The position numbers and the translations under genes were made by a program. Shown in pieces: positions 1-8,372 of a stretch of 32,000 bases of DNA (its first letter is position 1; every line of letters starts with the position of its first letter). The DNA is from Micromonas sp. (taxonomy: Eukaryota). The notes under the pieces were generated by a model. The model had not been told where the DNA came from. It saw only the letters and a list, made by a program, of their open reading frames with translations, and did no database searches. Where the stretch lies: NCBI GenBank assembly GCA_000090985.2, contig CP001576.1, forward strand, positions 1,016,155 through 1,048,154. Reading direction: 5' to 3'.

Positions 1-686
1 GTCGACTCGATACCGCGCGTCGACGCGCGAGACACGAACCCCGCGCGTTTCGCGCGAGACTTTGAGAGCGTCAACCGCCCGGTCATCGTCTCGGGGCTGT
101 GCGCGGATTGGCCCGCGACGAGGGGCGAATGGACCCGCGACCGGCTCCTGGCGACGCACGGCGACGTTGAGTTCACCGTGGGCGGGTACCAGATGCGTTT
201 GCGCGACTTTTACGCCTACGGCGACGACGCGAGCGACGACCTGCCGCTGTACCTCTTCGACAAAAAGTTTTGCGAAAAGGCGCCCTCGCTCGCCGCCGGG
301 TATTCCCCGCCAAACATCTTCGCCGACGATCTCTTCGCCCTCCTCGGCGAACACGACAGGCCGGATCACAGGTGGCTCATCGTCGGGTGCGAACGGAGCG
401 GCAGCGGGTTTCACAAGGATCCAAACGCGACGAGCGCGTGGAACGCGGTTGTGACCGGGAGAAAAAAATGGATCCTCTTCGCGCCCGACGCCACCCCGCC
501 CGGCGTGCACCCCAGCGCGGACGGCAGCGCGGTGGTGCAACCGGTGACGCTCGTGGAGTGGTACATGAACTTTTACCGGCACGTGTACGAGACGGACGAG
601 GACGACGAGAGCGAGACGGACGAGGACGACGGGGACGAGGAGGACGAGGACGAGGAGAAGGATTCGGAGGTGAACCGTTCGTCCGT

Positions 687-717
<31 letters not shown>

Positions 718-1278
718 GCGAACGCCGGCACGTCCAGCGACGCGCCCCCTCGCGTGATGGAGGGGATATGCGGCCCAGGGGACGTGCTCTTCGTGCCCTC
801 CGGTTGGTGGCACATGGCGCTCAACCTCGAGGAATGCGTGGCGGTTACCCAAAACTTTTGCTCGCCGAGGACTTTACCGAGGGTGCTTCGGTTCCTGCGA
901 GACGCCGGCGAGTGCGCCGAGCTCGTGTCCGGCACGTGTCGCACCAGGCGCGGGAGTTTGTACGAGCGTTTCGTGGCGGTCCTCGCGGAGAAACGGCCGG
1001 AGGAGCTGGCGGCGGCGGAGAGGTACCTCGCGCTGGGAACGAGGGCGCCCGCAAGGTACGGCGGCGCCGGTGAAGCCGCAACCGATGAAAGTTTCAAGTC
1101 CACGGATCGATCCTCGAACGGCGCGATTGAGCACCACATCGGACGCGACGAGAAACGGAGACGGGGGGATCCGGGCGCCGCGAACGGTGCGGCGGGGTTC
1201 GACGTTGTTCGACGTTGTTCGACGCTGTCGGACGCGTTCAGGTCCGGCGAGGGTGGCAGCTTCTCGTTCAACTTTTAG
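1..1278 (+). CDS. JmjC-domain 2-oxoglutarate/Fe(II) oxygenase, JMJD6/PSR-like (5' partial)
   Basis: Frame 1 is open from base 1 (VDSIPRVDARDTNPARFARDFESVNRPVIVSGLCADWPATRGEW...), so the start lies outside the window. The ORF-track start at 178 is a GTG. Cupin motifs: PLYLFDKKF, HRWLIVGCERSGSGFHKDPNATSAWNAVVTGRKKWILF (HxD iron ligands), and GDVLFVPSGWWHMALNLEECVAVTQNF (distal His). TAG stop at 1276-1278. Confidence 0.85.
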
Positions 1279-1345
1279 CCAACTTTTAAAGAGACTGTAC
1301 TAGCTAGCTAGAGACTCCAGAGACGCGGCCTGACAATGAGACCGA

Positions 1346-2872
1346 TTACCACTCCCGGGGTTCAGCCCCGACGTCGCACGTCACCGACACGAGCCTCCCG
1401 TCGTTCGTCTCCGTCGTCCTGAACCTCACCCACGGCATCGCCTGTTCGCACACCGCCATCGCGGTTCTCGCGTGGAGCGAGATTGGATTTCGCGCCAGCA
1501 CCTCACCGCCGCCGCCGAGCGCCAGGAACACGACGAGCTGATCGAGCATGCAGTCGTCGACGGCGGCGCCGGAGACGATGACGTCGGCGAGCTCCTTCGC
1601 CACCGCGCTCGCCACGTCACGCAGCGTCTCGCCGCTCCGAACGTCCCACGCGCGACTCGCCCCGAAGTGAACGGGCGGTGACTCACCGGGCGATGACTCA
1701 CCGGGCGGTGCGTCGTCCGAACCGTCGCCTCGCCCCGACGTTCCATCGGAAACGCGGAGGAGCGTCGCGGTCATCGTCACGCTCCCGCCCGGTTCGTGTC
1801 GCCCGGATGTACACGCGTCAACCGTCGATTGGTCCACGTCACCCGTCGTGAACGTGGAGTCGTCCGACGCGACGCTCGCGACGCCGATTTTGCAAACCTC
1901 GTTCGCGACGTCGCACGCGTCGACGAGGTCTTCGCGCGTGACGGTTCGTGTTCCGCCCCCGCTCCCCGGGCCCCCCGCCGCTCGCGTCACGACCGCCCAC
2001 GTCTCCCTCCCTGCCCGCGTCCCCCCGTGCCGGTTCGTGTTCCGAGTCAACCGCACCGGCGGGCGCGAGCCGGAATCTGAACCGTCGGCACCGTCTGAAC
2101 CGTCGGCGTCTGAACCGTCGCGGCGAACGACGTTGACGCGAACCGTCCCGCCCCCCCGCGGGTAGAACCCCCGGGTCAACACCTCGAACGTCACGTCCGC
2201 GTCGCACGCGAAGCCGCGACGGTTCGCGTTCCCGGAGACGACCGGCCACAGCGCGTGTTGGACGTAGTCCATCGTCGGCGCGAACGGGACGTCCGTGCCC
2301 CCGCTCAGCGTCAGCGAGACGGTCCGCGCGGTGCTCGGGGTGCCGACTTTTCGTCCCCGTCCCCGTCCCCGTCCCCGTCCTCCGTCGTTTGTCCTGACGA
2401 GCCACGGCATCGCCGCCTGCAGCACCAGCGCGACTGATCCCGCGGTGCCCACGTCCGCGGCGATTTCGAGGCGATCGTCGGACGCGTGGTACTTTAAGCT
2501 TCGAACGTGCCTCGCGTCGAGGGGTTTCGAGGCGCGCGTGACGTCGAGTCGGTCGGGTTCGTCGACGACCCCGCGCGTGAACTCGTGGGTGAACTCGACG
2601 CATCCCCTCCTCAGGACGCCGCCGTCCCTCGTTCCCCGCGCGTGCGCCCCCGAAGGACCGCCCCCGGCTCTGAGCGTGCCGTCGCACAACGCCGCCAGGA
2701 GCTCGACGCCCGCGAGGTGCTGCGCCGCGAGGCCCGGGTTCGGGCGTCCCGCGCGCACGTTGGTCACCGTCGTCGTCCTCCGGTTCACCGCGGAGCACGC
2801 CATCGCCACTCGGACGACCTGCCCGCCGCCCTCCAGCTGCGAGCCTTCGATGCACACGGGAACGTCCGACAT
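1346..2872 (-). CDS. RTCA: RNA 3'-terminal phosphate cyclase (RtcA/RTCA type) with large low-complexity insertions
   Basis: The first ATG on the minus strand is at 2872; the ORF-track start at 2878 is a GTG. Motifs: EGSQLEGGGQVVRVAMA, NVRAGRPNPGLAAQHLAGVELLAALCDGTL, TAGSVALVLQAAMPWLV, RGFYPRGGGTVRV, and LDQLVVFLALGGGGEV...ISLHARTAMAV, where the conserved catalytic-His context (TLHTQTA in human RTCA) is retained. Confidence 0.9.
   Translation of the reverse strand: MSDVPVCIEGSQLEGGGQVVRVAMACSAVNRRTTTVTNVRAGRPNPGLAAQHLAGVELLAALCDGTLRAGGGPSGAHARGTRDGGVLRRGCVEFTHEFTRGVVDEPDRLDVTRASKPLDARHVRSLKYHASDDRLEIAADVGTAGSVALVLQAAMPWLVRTNDGGRGRGRGRGRKVGTPSTARTVSLTLSGGTDVPFAPTMDYVQHALWPVVSGNANRRGFACDADVTFEVLTRGFYPRGGGTVRVNVVRRDGSDADGSDGADGSDSGSRPPVRLTRNTNRHGGTRAGRETWAVVTRAAGGPGSGGGTRTVTREDLVDACDVANEVCKIGVASVASDDSTFTTGDVDQSTVDACTSGRHEPGGSVTMTATLLRVSDGTSGRGDGSDDAPPGESSPGESPPVHFGASRAWDVRSGETLRDVASAVAKELADVIVSGAAVDDCMLDQLVVFLALGGGGEVLARNPISLHARTAMAVCEQAMPWVRFRTTETNDGRLVSVTCDVGAEPREW
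1677..1708. repeat. 15-bp tandem doublet around quasi-palindrome GGTGASTCACC (site A, inside RTCA CDS)
   Basis: GGTGACTCACCGGGCG ATGACTCACCGGGCGG. Confidence 0.9.
2338..2379 (-). repeat. 42-nt segment GAC(GGGGAC)4GAAAAGTCGGCACCC, copy A (sense strand of RTCA)
   Basis: The reverse complement of 2338-2379 is identical at 42/42 positions to 3778-3819. C4 runs at 2355-58, 2361-64, 2367-70 and 2373-76. Confidence 0.95.
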
Positions 2873-3174
2873 TGGCACCGCCCCGCCTCGCCCCGCCCCT
2901 CAAACTCGACACCGGTGCGGCGGGTTCGCGGCGCGGTCGGCGTCCATTACCGAACCGGCGATTAGCTCCCTCCGCTCGCGCGCGTGTCCAACGACGAGCC
3001 GGTGGATCGTGGCGCCCTCGTGCGCGGTACCTCGCTCGTAAAAGTGATGAAATGTCGCCTTCGCTTCGTCTCGGAAAAATAGAAAATTGCGACCGGCGGG
3101 GGCGACCTCGCGCTCACTCGGCGTCGCCGCGCGTCGCTCGAGGCGTCTTCGAAGCCCCCCCGAGACTTGACGCG
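2873..3174. promoter_or_regulatory. Putative shared (bidirectional) promoter region between the divergent RTCA and pseudouridine synthase genes
   Basis: Head-to-head gene pair with about 300 bp between the best ATGs (2872 minus, 3175 plus). No specific promoter motif was identified; the call rests on position only. Confidence 0.35.
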
Positions 3175-5367
3175 ATGGCGACGTGTGCGGTGATGCGCCG
3201 GCTCGTCCTCGCCGCGGCGCCGCGCGGCGGGTCGCGGGGCGGTGGCCGGGACGGCACATCGGGGAGGACGCCGGGGCGCGGCGGAAGCGGCGGCGGCGGT
3301 GGTCGTTCCTCCAGAACGGGCGGACGGGGTGGACGCGGCTCCGGGCGCGGCGTCGCGCGGCCCGACCGGCCGGGACCACCGTCTCGCCGCGAGGGCGCCG
3401 TTGGCTACGGCCGCGGGCCGTCCGGCGGCGCGAGGGGACGCGGCGACGCGAGTCGTCATCGGGGCGCGACGCCGTCCATTCGGGGCGCCAACAATCCCAG
3501 GCCCAACGCCGTCGACGAGCGGGGCGCGTGCGACACGATGGCGAACGCGTCGATGTCCCTCGAGCTCGGCCACCCGCGGTGCCCCATGTGCGCGCAGGAG
3601 TTCGCGTCCGGGGGCACGAGGGCCAGGCACCTCGCGCTGTGCTGCCCGGATCTCATCGACCCGGTGGGATGGGCGTCGGGTGACGGCGAAGTCGTCCGCC
3701 GGTGCGCGGCGCTGCGGCACCCGAAGGCGTCGTTCCGGTGGGCCGTGCTCTCCAGACGCTTCGGCTGGAGCGACAACGACGGGGACGGGGACGGGGACGG
3801 GGACGAAAAGTCGGCACCCGGGATGACCGCCGTCGCCGTCGCCAAATCCCTTCGCGTCGATCTGGCCACGGTGACCAAACTCGTCCGACACGAGATCCGC
3901 GACGTCCCACTCCAACCCGATCCGTCCCCGCTCCACGTGGTGTACGAGGACGAGTGGCTGATGGCGGTGTCCAAACCGGCGGGGGTGATGACGTACCCGG
4001 CGCACAGGCTCCGGGGCGAATCCGTGGTGTCGCGAGCGGTGCACCACCTCTCCGTCTCCGCCGCGAGGCGTCGAGGGCGTCTCCCCTATAGTTCGGAAGA
4101 CCTTCCAGAAGAATCGGGAGTCGGCACCCCCGTCGGCACCCCCGGGGGCTCGTTCGCGGGTGCGTGGACGTCGTCGCAGGTGGAGCCCATCGCGGTGCAC
4201 CGGCTGGACCTGGAGACGTCCGGGGTTTTACTCCTGGCGAAGGACAAGCGCGTGGCGTCCGAGTTGCAGGCGAAGTTTGAGGCTAGGGGGGTGCGAAAGA
4301 CGTACCTGGCGGTGTGCGCGGTGCTGGAGGACGCGGAGGCGCACAAGGCGACGGCGACGCGCCGCGTGGACTTCGAAGCCGACGTGGACACCGACGTGGA
4401 CTCTGATGCTGACATGGATGCTGACGTGTATGCTGATACGGACGGCGACGAGCTCGGCGTGTTCGACGAGTCGGACCTCGACGACGACGACGACGATGAC
4501 GCGTACGAGGACCCGGACGACGAGCTGGACGAGCTGGACGAGCCCGGCGTCGTGCGCGTGGTCAACGCGGCGATCGGCGACCCCGAGCCCGGCACCCGAA
4601 GATCCGCCGCCGCCGACGACGGCGGCCGGTGCGTACGAGCCGTCACGCCCGACGGCAAACCCGCGCGGACCGAGTACCAGTGCCTGAGCTCGCGGCTCGG
4701 GGTGCCCACGCAGGTGACGATGCCCGACGGGGTGACGAGAAGGACGGTGGTGGGGACGGCGCTGGTGCTGGCCAGGCCGTTGACGGGGCGGACGCACCAG
4801 GTGAGATTGCACCTGGCGCACGCGGGTTTTCCAATCGTGGGCGACGGCTTGTACGGCGTCGATTACGCGTCGGTGGCGGCGTCCATCGGCGCGTTTCGTC
4901 TGTCTGGAGGGGGAATAACCAGGGAGGAGCGCGAGGCGGCCGCACGTCGAAGGCTCCTCTTCGCGTCCTCGTCCCCATCCTCAAGTTCAGCCGTCTCGCC
5001 GAGGGACGATGCGTCAGCGGGTGGTGAGTCACCGGGCAGTGAGTCACCGGACGACGTACCTTCCCCGTGCGCGCGGCTCGCGCTGCACGCCTGGAACGTC
5101 GACGTGCTCCACCCGAGGGCGCTCGTCCCGCTGCGGCTGTGCGTGGACATGCCGAGGGACATGACCGATTTAGCTCGCGCGCTTGGGTTGGCTACGAGCT
5201 CGGTGACGCTGGGGCCGGCGGCGTCGGCGGCGGCGCGGGCGGCGGGCGGGGCGCCGGCGAGGCACGCGCTGCGGAGGGAGCGGCGGAGGGAGGCGGCGAA
5301 GGGGCGGGTGCGGCGGATGGTGGCCAGGAAGGCGGGGCGCGACGCGGATGAGCGAGCGGGGGAGTAG
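3175..5367 (+). CDS. RluA-family pseudouridine synthase with Gly/Arg-rich N-terminus and an Asp-rich insertion
   Basis: Catalytic motif [40 protein letters not shown] and C-terminal [24 protein letters not shown]. The start is uncertain. The ORF is open from 2872 but would overlap the RTCA start. ATG 3175 ([16 protein letters not shown]...) is preferred and ATG 3051 is an alternative. Confidence 0.8.
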   Translation: MATCAVMRRLVLAAAPRGGSRGGGRDGTSGRTPGRGGSGGGGGRSSRTGGRGGRGSGRGVARPDRPGPPSRREGAVGYGRGPSGGARGRGDASRHRGATPSIRGANNPRPNAVDERGACDTMANASMSLELGHPRCPMCAQEFASGGTRARHLALCCPDLIDPVGWASGDGEVVRRCAALRHPKASFRWAVLSRRFGWSDNDGDGDGDGDEKSAPGMTAVAVAKSLRVDLATVTKLVRHEIRDVPLQPDPSPLHVVYEDEWLMAVSKPAGVMTYPAHRLRGESVVSRAVHHLSVSAARRRGRLPYSSEDLPEESGVGTPVGTPGGSFAGAWTSSQVEPIAVHRLDLETSGVLLLAKDKRVASELQAKFEARGVRKTYLAVCAVLEDAEAHKATATRRVDFEADVDTDVDSDADMDADVYADTDGDELGVFDESDLDDDDDDDAYEDPDDELDELDEPGVVRVVNAAIGDPEPGTRRSAAADDGGRCVRAVTPDGKPARTEYQCLSSRLGVPTQVTMPDGVTRRTVVGTALVLARPLTGRTHQVRLHLAHAGFPIVGDGLYGVDYASVAASIGAFRLSGGGITREEREAAARRRLLFASSSPSSSSAVSPRDDASAGGESPGSESPDDVPSPCARLALHAWNVDVLHPRALVPLRLCVDMPRDMTDLARALGLATSSVTLGPAASAAARAAGGAPARHALRRERRREAAKGRVRRMVARKAGRDADERAGE
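3778..3819 (+). repeat. 42-nt segment GAC(GGGGAC)4GAAAAGTCGGCACCC, copy B (sense strand of pseudouridine synthase)
   Basis: Perfect inverted copy of 2338-2379. G4 runs at 3781-84, 3787-90, 3793-96 and 3799-3802. Confidence 0.95.
5023..5052. repeat. 15-bp tandem doublet around GGTGASTCACC (site B, inside pseudouridine synthase CDS)
   Basis: GGTGAGTCACCGGGC AGTGAGTCACCGGAC. Confidence 0.9.
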
Positions 5368-5492
5368 ACCGCCCGTGTAACTTTTCGACTGCACGGCGGG
5401 GTGAAAATTTATCGTCAGGTGTCATCAGCGGTTTGAATAATTTGAACACAGAACGCGGGACGCGCTGGGAGCTTCGTCGATCTCGGCGGGCG

Positions 5493-6824
5493 ATGGCGAG
5501 CATCGCGCTCCTCTCCGCCGCGTTCGCGGGCGCCAAGATCCAGGACATCGTGCGCGGCGTCATCCACGACAGGCGCGCGCGCGGGAGGGGCGCCGATGGT
5601 GCTACCGTGGCGGGGGCTGATTTTCCCTCGGGTGACTCGGCGGCGGACGCCGCGCCGGCCGCGCCCCTCTCCCCGCCCAGGCCCGCGCTCACCAAGCTGA
5701 CGCGCAAGTCCATCGGATCGCCCAACGCCGCGGCGACGAAACAGAGCGTCGAGGAGGAGGTCGTCGTGTGCTCCGTCTGCCATCAGGGAGTCGGCACGCC
5801 GTCCTCCCCGGTCACCCCGCTCAATCATCATCGCGGCCCGCCGTCCACCCCCGGCTCGAACACCACCACCGTCAACTCCCACAGCGGCTTCCGCGGCGTC
5901 CCCGCGCCGAAGCCCGACCCGTACGCCCCCAAACCCAGGGATCGGTACCTCAAATGGGACGACTACTTCATGTCCGTCGCGTTCCTCAGCGCGCAGCGAA
6001 GCAAGGATCCCAACAAGCAGGTGGGTGCCGTCATCGTCGGCCCGGACCGGGTGATCATGGGCGTGGGATACAACGGATTCCCGCGCGGGTGCAGCGACAG
6101 CGACCTGCCGTGGGCCAAGAAGAGCACGAACGGGAACCCGATGGAGACCAAGTACGCGTACGTGTGCCACGCCGAGATGAACGCCATCATGAACAAGAAC
6201 AGCCAATCGCTGCACGGCGCGACGGTGTACGTCACAATGTACCCGTGCAACGAGTGCGCCAAGCTCATCATACAGAGCGGGATACGCGAGGTGGTGTACT
6301 TCGAGGGGAAGCTACCGATGGCGAGGGGGGGGGAACGGAAAGTGGTGTGTGGGGACGGAGCACGATCGGAGACGGTTGGTGGGGACGATCCGAAGATGGC
6401 GACCTCGAATGGCGGAAACGGTCCGACGTGGAAGGATTGGGTCGACGGCGACCTCGACGACGAGGATCCCGACGGAAACGGTTCGAGCTACGAGCCCCCG
6501 GGAGAGGTATCCGCGGATGGCGGCGTCGGGGAGTCGCCGGACGTCTCGCTGGACGCGTCGTCCGAGGACCTCGGCTCGCCCGTCGGCATCGAGGGTTCGA
6601 GGGTATTTCCGCTTCGAGAGCTGCGTTTTAAGCATACCCCGGAGAAGAGGACGCCGACGGTTGACGGAAAGTCGTCGGCGCGTCCGTCGAGCGAGTCGAC
6701 GCCGACGAAGGGCGGGATGCAGAACGATCCGACGTACGCTGCGGCGGAGAAGCTGTTCGAGCTGGCGGGGGTGAAGATTCGGCAGCACACTCCAAACGCC
6801 GTCGTAGACGTCACCTATCACTAA
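5493..6824 (+). CDS. Deoxycytidylate (dCMP) deaminase with N- and C-terminal extensions
   Basis: [43 protein letters not shown], zinc ligand motifs VCHAEMNAI and [21 protein letters not shown]. The ORF-track start at 5433 is a TTG; the first ATG in frame is 5493. Confidence 0.85.
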   Translation: MASIALLSAAFAGAKIQDIVRGVIHDRRARGRGADGATVAGADFPSGDSAADAAPAAPLSPPRPALTKLTRKSIGSPNAAATKQSVEEEVVVCSVCHQGVGTPSSPVTPLNHHRGPPSTPGSNTTTVNSHSGFRGVPAPKPDPYAPKPRDRYLKWDDYFMSVAFLSAQRSKDPNKQVGAVIVGPDRVIMGVGYNGFPRGCSDSDLPWAKKSTNGNPMETKYAYVCHAEMNAIMNKNSQSLHGATVYVTMYPCNECAKLIIQSGIREVVYFEGKLPMARGGERKVVCGDGARSETVGGDDPKMATSNGGNGPTWKDWVDGDLDDEDPDGNGSSYEPPGEVSADGGVGESPDVSLDASSEDLGSPVGIEGSRVFPLRELRFKHTPEKRTPTVDGKSSARPSSESTPTKGGMQNDPTYAAAEKLFELAGVKIRQHTPNAVVDVTYH

Positions 6825-6980
6825 TTAGCGATGACAACTTCCAGTGAATATGAGTAATACGTGTAACTTGATGCTGCTTACAAGAATGTCTGTTGCTATG
6901 TGCACAACTCTGGTGTTGACTCGGCGCCGGGGTGTCGGCGCGTGGGTTCGGCGTCGGGTTCGAACGCGAAACAAACGCGC

Positions 6981-8019
6981 TCAATCCCTGTTCTCGATCT
7001 GGGACTTGGCGGCGGAGATCTCCTCCACGGCCTCCCACTCCACCGCGCAATCTTCGCCGGTGCACGCCCTGGCCGACTCGAGGGCCGCCTCGAGCGCCGC
7101 CTCGAGCTGCTTGAGCCTCTCGGAGGACACGGTCACCTTCTTGGCGGACTGGGAGGCGGATTCGAGCGCGCGGAGGGTCTCGACGTCGACGTTGGCAGCC
7201 TCCTTGGCCTTCATCAGCGCCGCCTGGGTCTCCTTGATGAAGTTCATGTCCGCCTCGGAGATGGGCACGGGCTCGAGCTCGGCGGGCGCGGGCTTCTTGT
7301 CGGAGGCGGCCTGGGAGAGCTCCTCGACCTCGTCCCACATGGCGGCGCACTCACCCACGCACTCCTCGGCGATCTGTTCGGCGAAAGGGACGAACGAGCG
7401 GGGACGACGCGGTCAGAAAAACATTCGATCGACCCGCGAGCCTCGCGCGGGCGGTGACGACGCGTGCGTTCAGATAACGGGAATCTCGGGGCGTCGCGCG
7501 GGCGCGCGGCGAGGGCGCGCGACGCCGATCATCCGTGCGACGCGCGCTCCATCGAACATCGACGCTCGGACGCGCGTTCGTATCGCGGCGGGTGGGATGC
7601 GGAGCGCGAAAACCGGCGACGCGCGACGCGATCGAGGCGACGCCGACGCGAGCGCCGAACCCTCGAGGCATCGGTAACAAAATCTCTGCAGCGGCGCGGG
7701 GGAGTCTCGGGGCGCAGCGTACCTTGAGGGCATCCTCGAGACGCTCGGAGACGTCGCCGGAGGAGGCGCGGACCACGACGGAGCGAGCCTTGACGGGCTG
7801 CGCGGAGGAAGGGGACGGTTCGGTGAGTCCACGCGCGCGGCGGGCGGGGAGGGATCACGGCGCCGATTCGGGGGCTCTCGCAGCCGTCCGGTCGAGGTGA
7901 AAAAAGGGGCCGCGGAGGCTCACCTTCGCGGCGACGGCGGAGCGAGCGACGCGCGCCTTGGAGGCGGAGACGCGCGCGACGGGCGCGACAACGCGGAGGG
8001 CGGACATGGTGGCGGCCAT
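6981..8019 (-). CDS. CP12: CP12-like protein, 3 exons: complement(join(6981..7373,7723..7797,7924..8019))
   Basis: Exon 1 is ATG at 8019 ... AAG|GTGAGC and encodes MAATMSALRVVAPVARVSASKARVARSAVAAK (transit-peptide-like). Exon 2 runs cgcgcag|CCC GTC ... CTC AAG|GTACGC. Exon 3 starts at cgaacag|ATC GCC GAG GAG TGC. All junctions are phase 0. Exon 3 carries ECVGECAAMWDEVEELSQAASDKK and ACTGEDCAVEWEAVEEISAAKSQ, which are CP12 AWD_VEEL-type motifs. Confidence 0.7.
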
Positions 8020-8372
8020 TTTGATGTTAAGTGTGGCGGACTAACGCGATCTGTGCGTCAGGCTGTGGGTGGCCCACGGCGTACGATTAACGCAACCGCG
8101 AACCCTCACCGGCCTCTGGTTGGATGGGGATTTTCAGATAAGCCTCCATCCAGCTCACACCGTTTCTGTTGTGTGTCACATCTCTCGCCGGGTTTTGAGG
8201 CGGAGGTGCACCCGGGATTTGGACAGGGAAAAACGGGCGATGGACTCGGGCATTTGACGAGTTATTTTCGATGAAAAAAAATCACACGTGCCGTGGCCGT
8301 GTCTCCGCTAAATAAACTCTCTCTGAAAAAACCACTCTCCACCCTCTTCTCCCTCTCCACCTACCTCTCCCA

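Noticed and set aside
1300-1311. (CTAG)3 palindrome giving stop codons in all frames on both strands, in the 67-bp spacer between the convergent JmjC and RTCA genes.
   Set aside because: It is only 12 bp and could easily be chance. There is nothing in the window that could support a function.
1839-2912. Long alternative-frame and antisense ORFs overlapping recognised genes. Examples: 1839..2912(-), 2962..4200(-), 5415..6215(-), 5768..6631(+), 9285..10334(+), 9874..10548(-), 13983..15038(+), 14107..15036(-), 15606..16970(-), 20507..21985(+), 24917..25942(-), 26354..27349(-), 28732..29664(+).
   Set aside because: They are Arg/Pro/Gly/Ala-rich with no recognisable domains. They overlap frames that carry clear family motifs. 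Their length is what is expected from stop-codon depletion in ~65% GC DNA.
2872-3174. 5' extension of the pseudouridine synthase ORF back to 2872.
   Set aside because: It would overlap the RTCA start codon on the other strand and encodes only Arg/Pro/Ala-rich sequence. ATG 3175 gives a presequence-like N-terminus. The true start remains uncertain.
2338-3819. The 42-nt inverted repeats as terminal inverted repeats of a transposon, or as the arms of an invertible promoter switch.
   Set aside because: The enclosed 1.4 kb holds only the conserved 5' halves of two housekeeping genes and their promoter. There is no transposase. Inversion would join the genes out of frame and destroy both.
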